DNA of 63,407 bases, counting the filler, from Rhabdomonas costata (Eukaryota), in assembly GCA_019059605.1 (NCBI GenBank). It is 57 parts of 57 records of this genome, joined end to end, with 100 filler letters (N's around TTAATTAATTAA, not from the genome) between each part and the next. Parts side by side here need not be neighbours in the genome. Positions count along the whole stretch, not along the records: positions 62,394 to 63,407 come from JAHMHO010033543.1; 56 more parts are not named here. One strand, written 5' to 3'. Position 1 is the stretch's first letter. The number at the start of each line of letters is the position of its first letter. Below the pieces are notes generated by a model. That model was not told the DNA's origin, did no database searches, and was given only the letters and a program-made list of their open reading frames with translations. Of the stretch, positions 63,327-63,407 are shown one piece after another. A program made the translations under genes and the position numbers.

Positions 63327-63407
63327 CGTATAGGATCGTGACTAAGCGTTTTCTTGGGCTCTCGAAAATGGCTGGCTCTCCCCATTGACTTTTTCTGAGG
63401 AGTACAC

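Overview
This window is not a continuous genomic locus. It is an artificial concatenation of about 57 unrelated contigs of roughly 1.01-1.02 kb, each joined by a 100-nt linker (about 44 N + TTAATTAATTAA, which has stops in all six frames, + about 44 N). Synteny across linkers means nothing, and most entries in the ORF track are noise. The DNA is from an intron-rich eukaryote: short GC3-rich exons are flanked by GT/GC donors and pyrimidine-tract/YAG acceptors. The organism is flagellated (axonemal dynein, cytoplasmic dynein-2) and has mitochondria (OPA3, mitochondrial carrier), so most likely a protist; the taxon cannot be fixed from this window. Recognisable gene fragments are Sec61-alpha, TRM2A-like methyltransferase, vWA, Cys-rich GCC2/GCC3-type repeats, SLC25 carrier, TTLL12-like, two dynein heavy chains, MIB/HERC2, two ankyrin genes, an ABC ATPase, acid ceramidase/NAAA-like, a complete two-exon OPA3, copine, RAD54L2/ATRX-like SNF2, LicD and YceI. 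There are also decayed non-LTR retrotransposon pieces (APE-type and CRE-like/RLE-type). Contig ends carry G/T-only (5') and C/A-only (3') tails with near-copies of the GenomePlex/TransPlex whole-genome-amplification primer. Many ends also carry fold-back hairpins, which are most likely amplification artefacts. No multi-gene novel system can be supported. The best biological leads are intron-containing genes of bacterial or viral-type families (a 'GNFWWA' protein, YceI), candidate GC-AG introns, an exon-duplicated ankyrin gene and a ceramidase with a CxxC extension. All family assignments are from motif recognition, not database searches.
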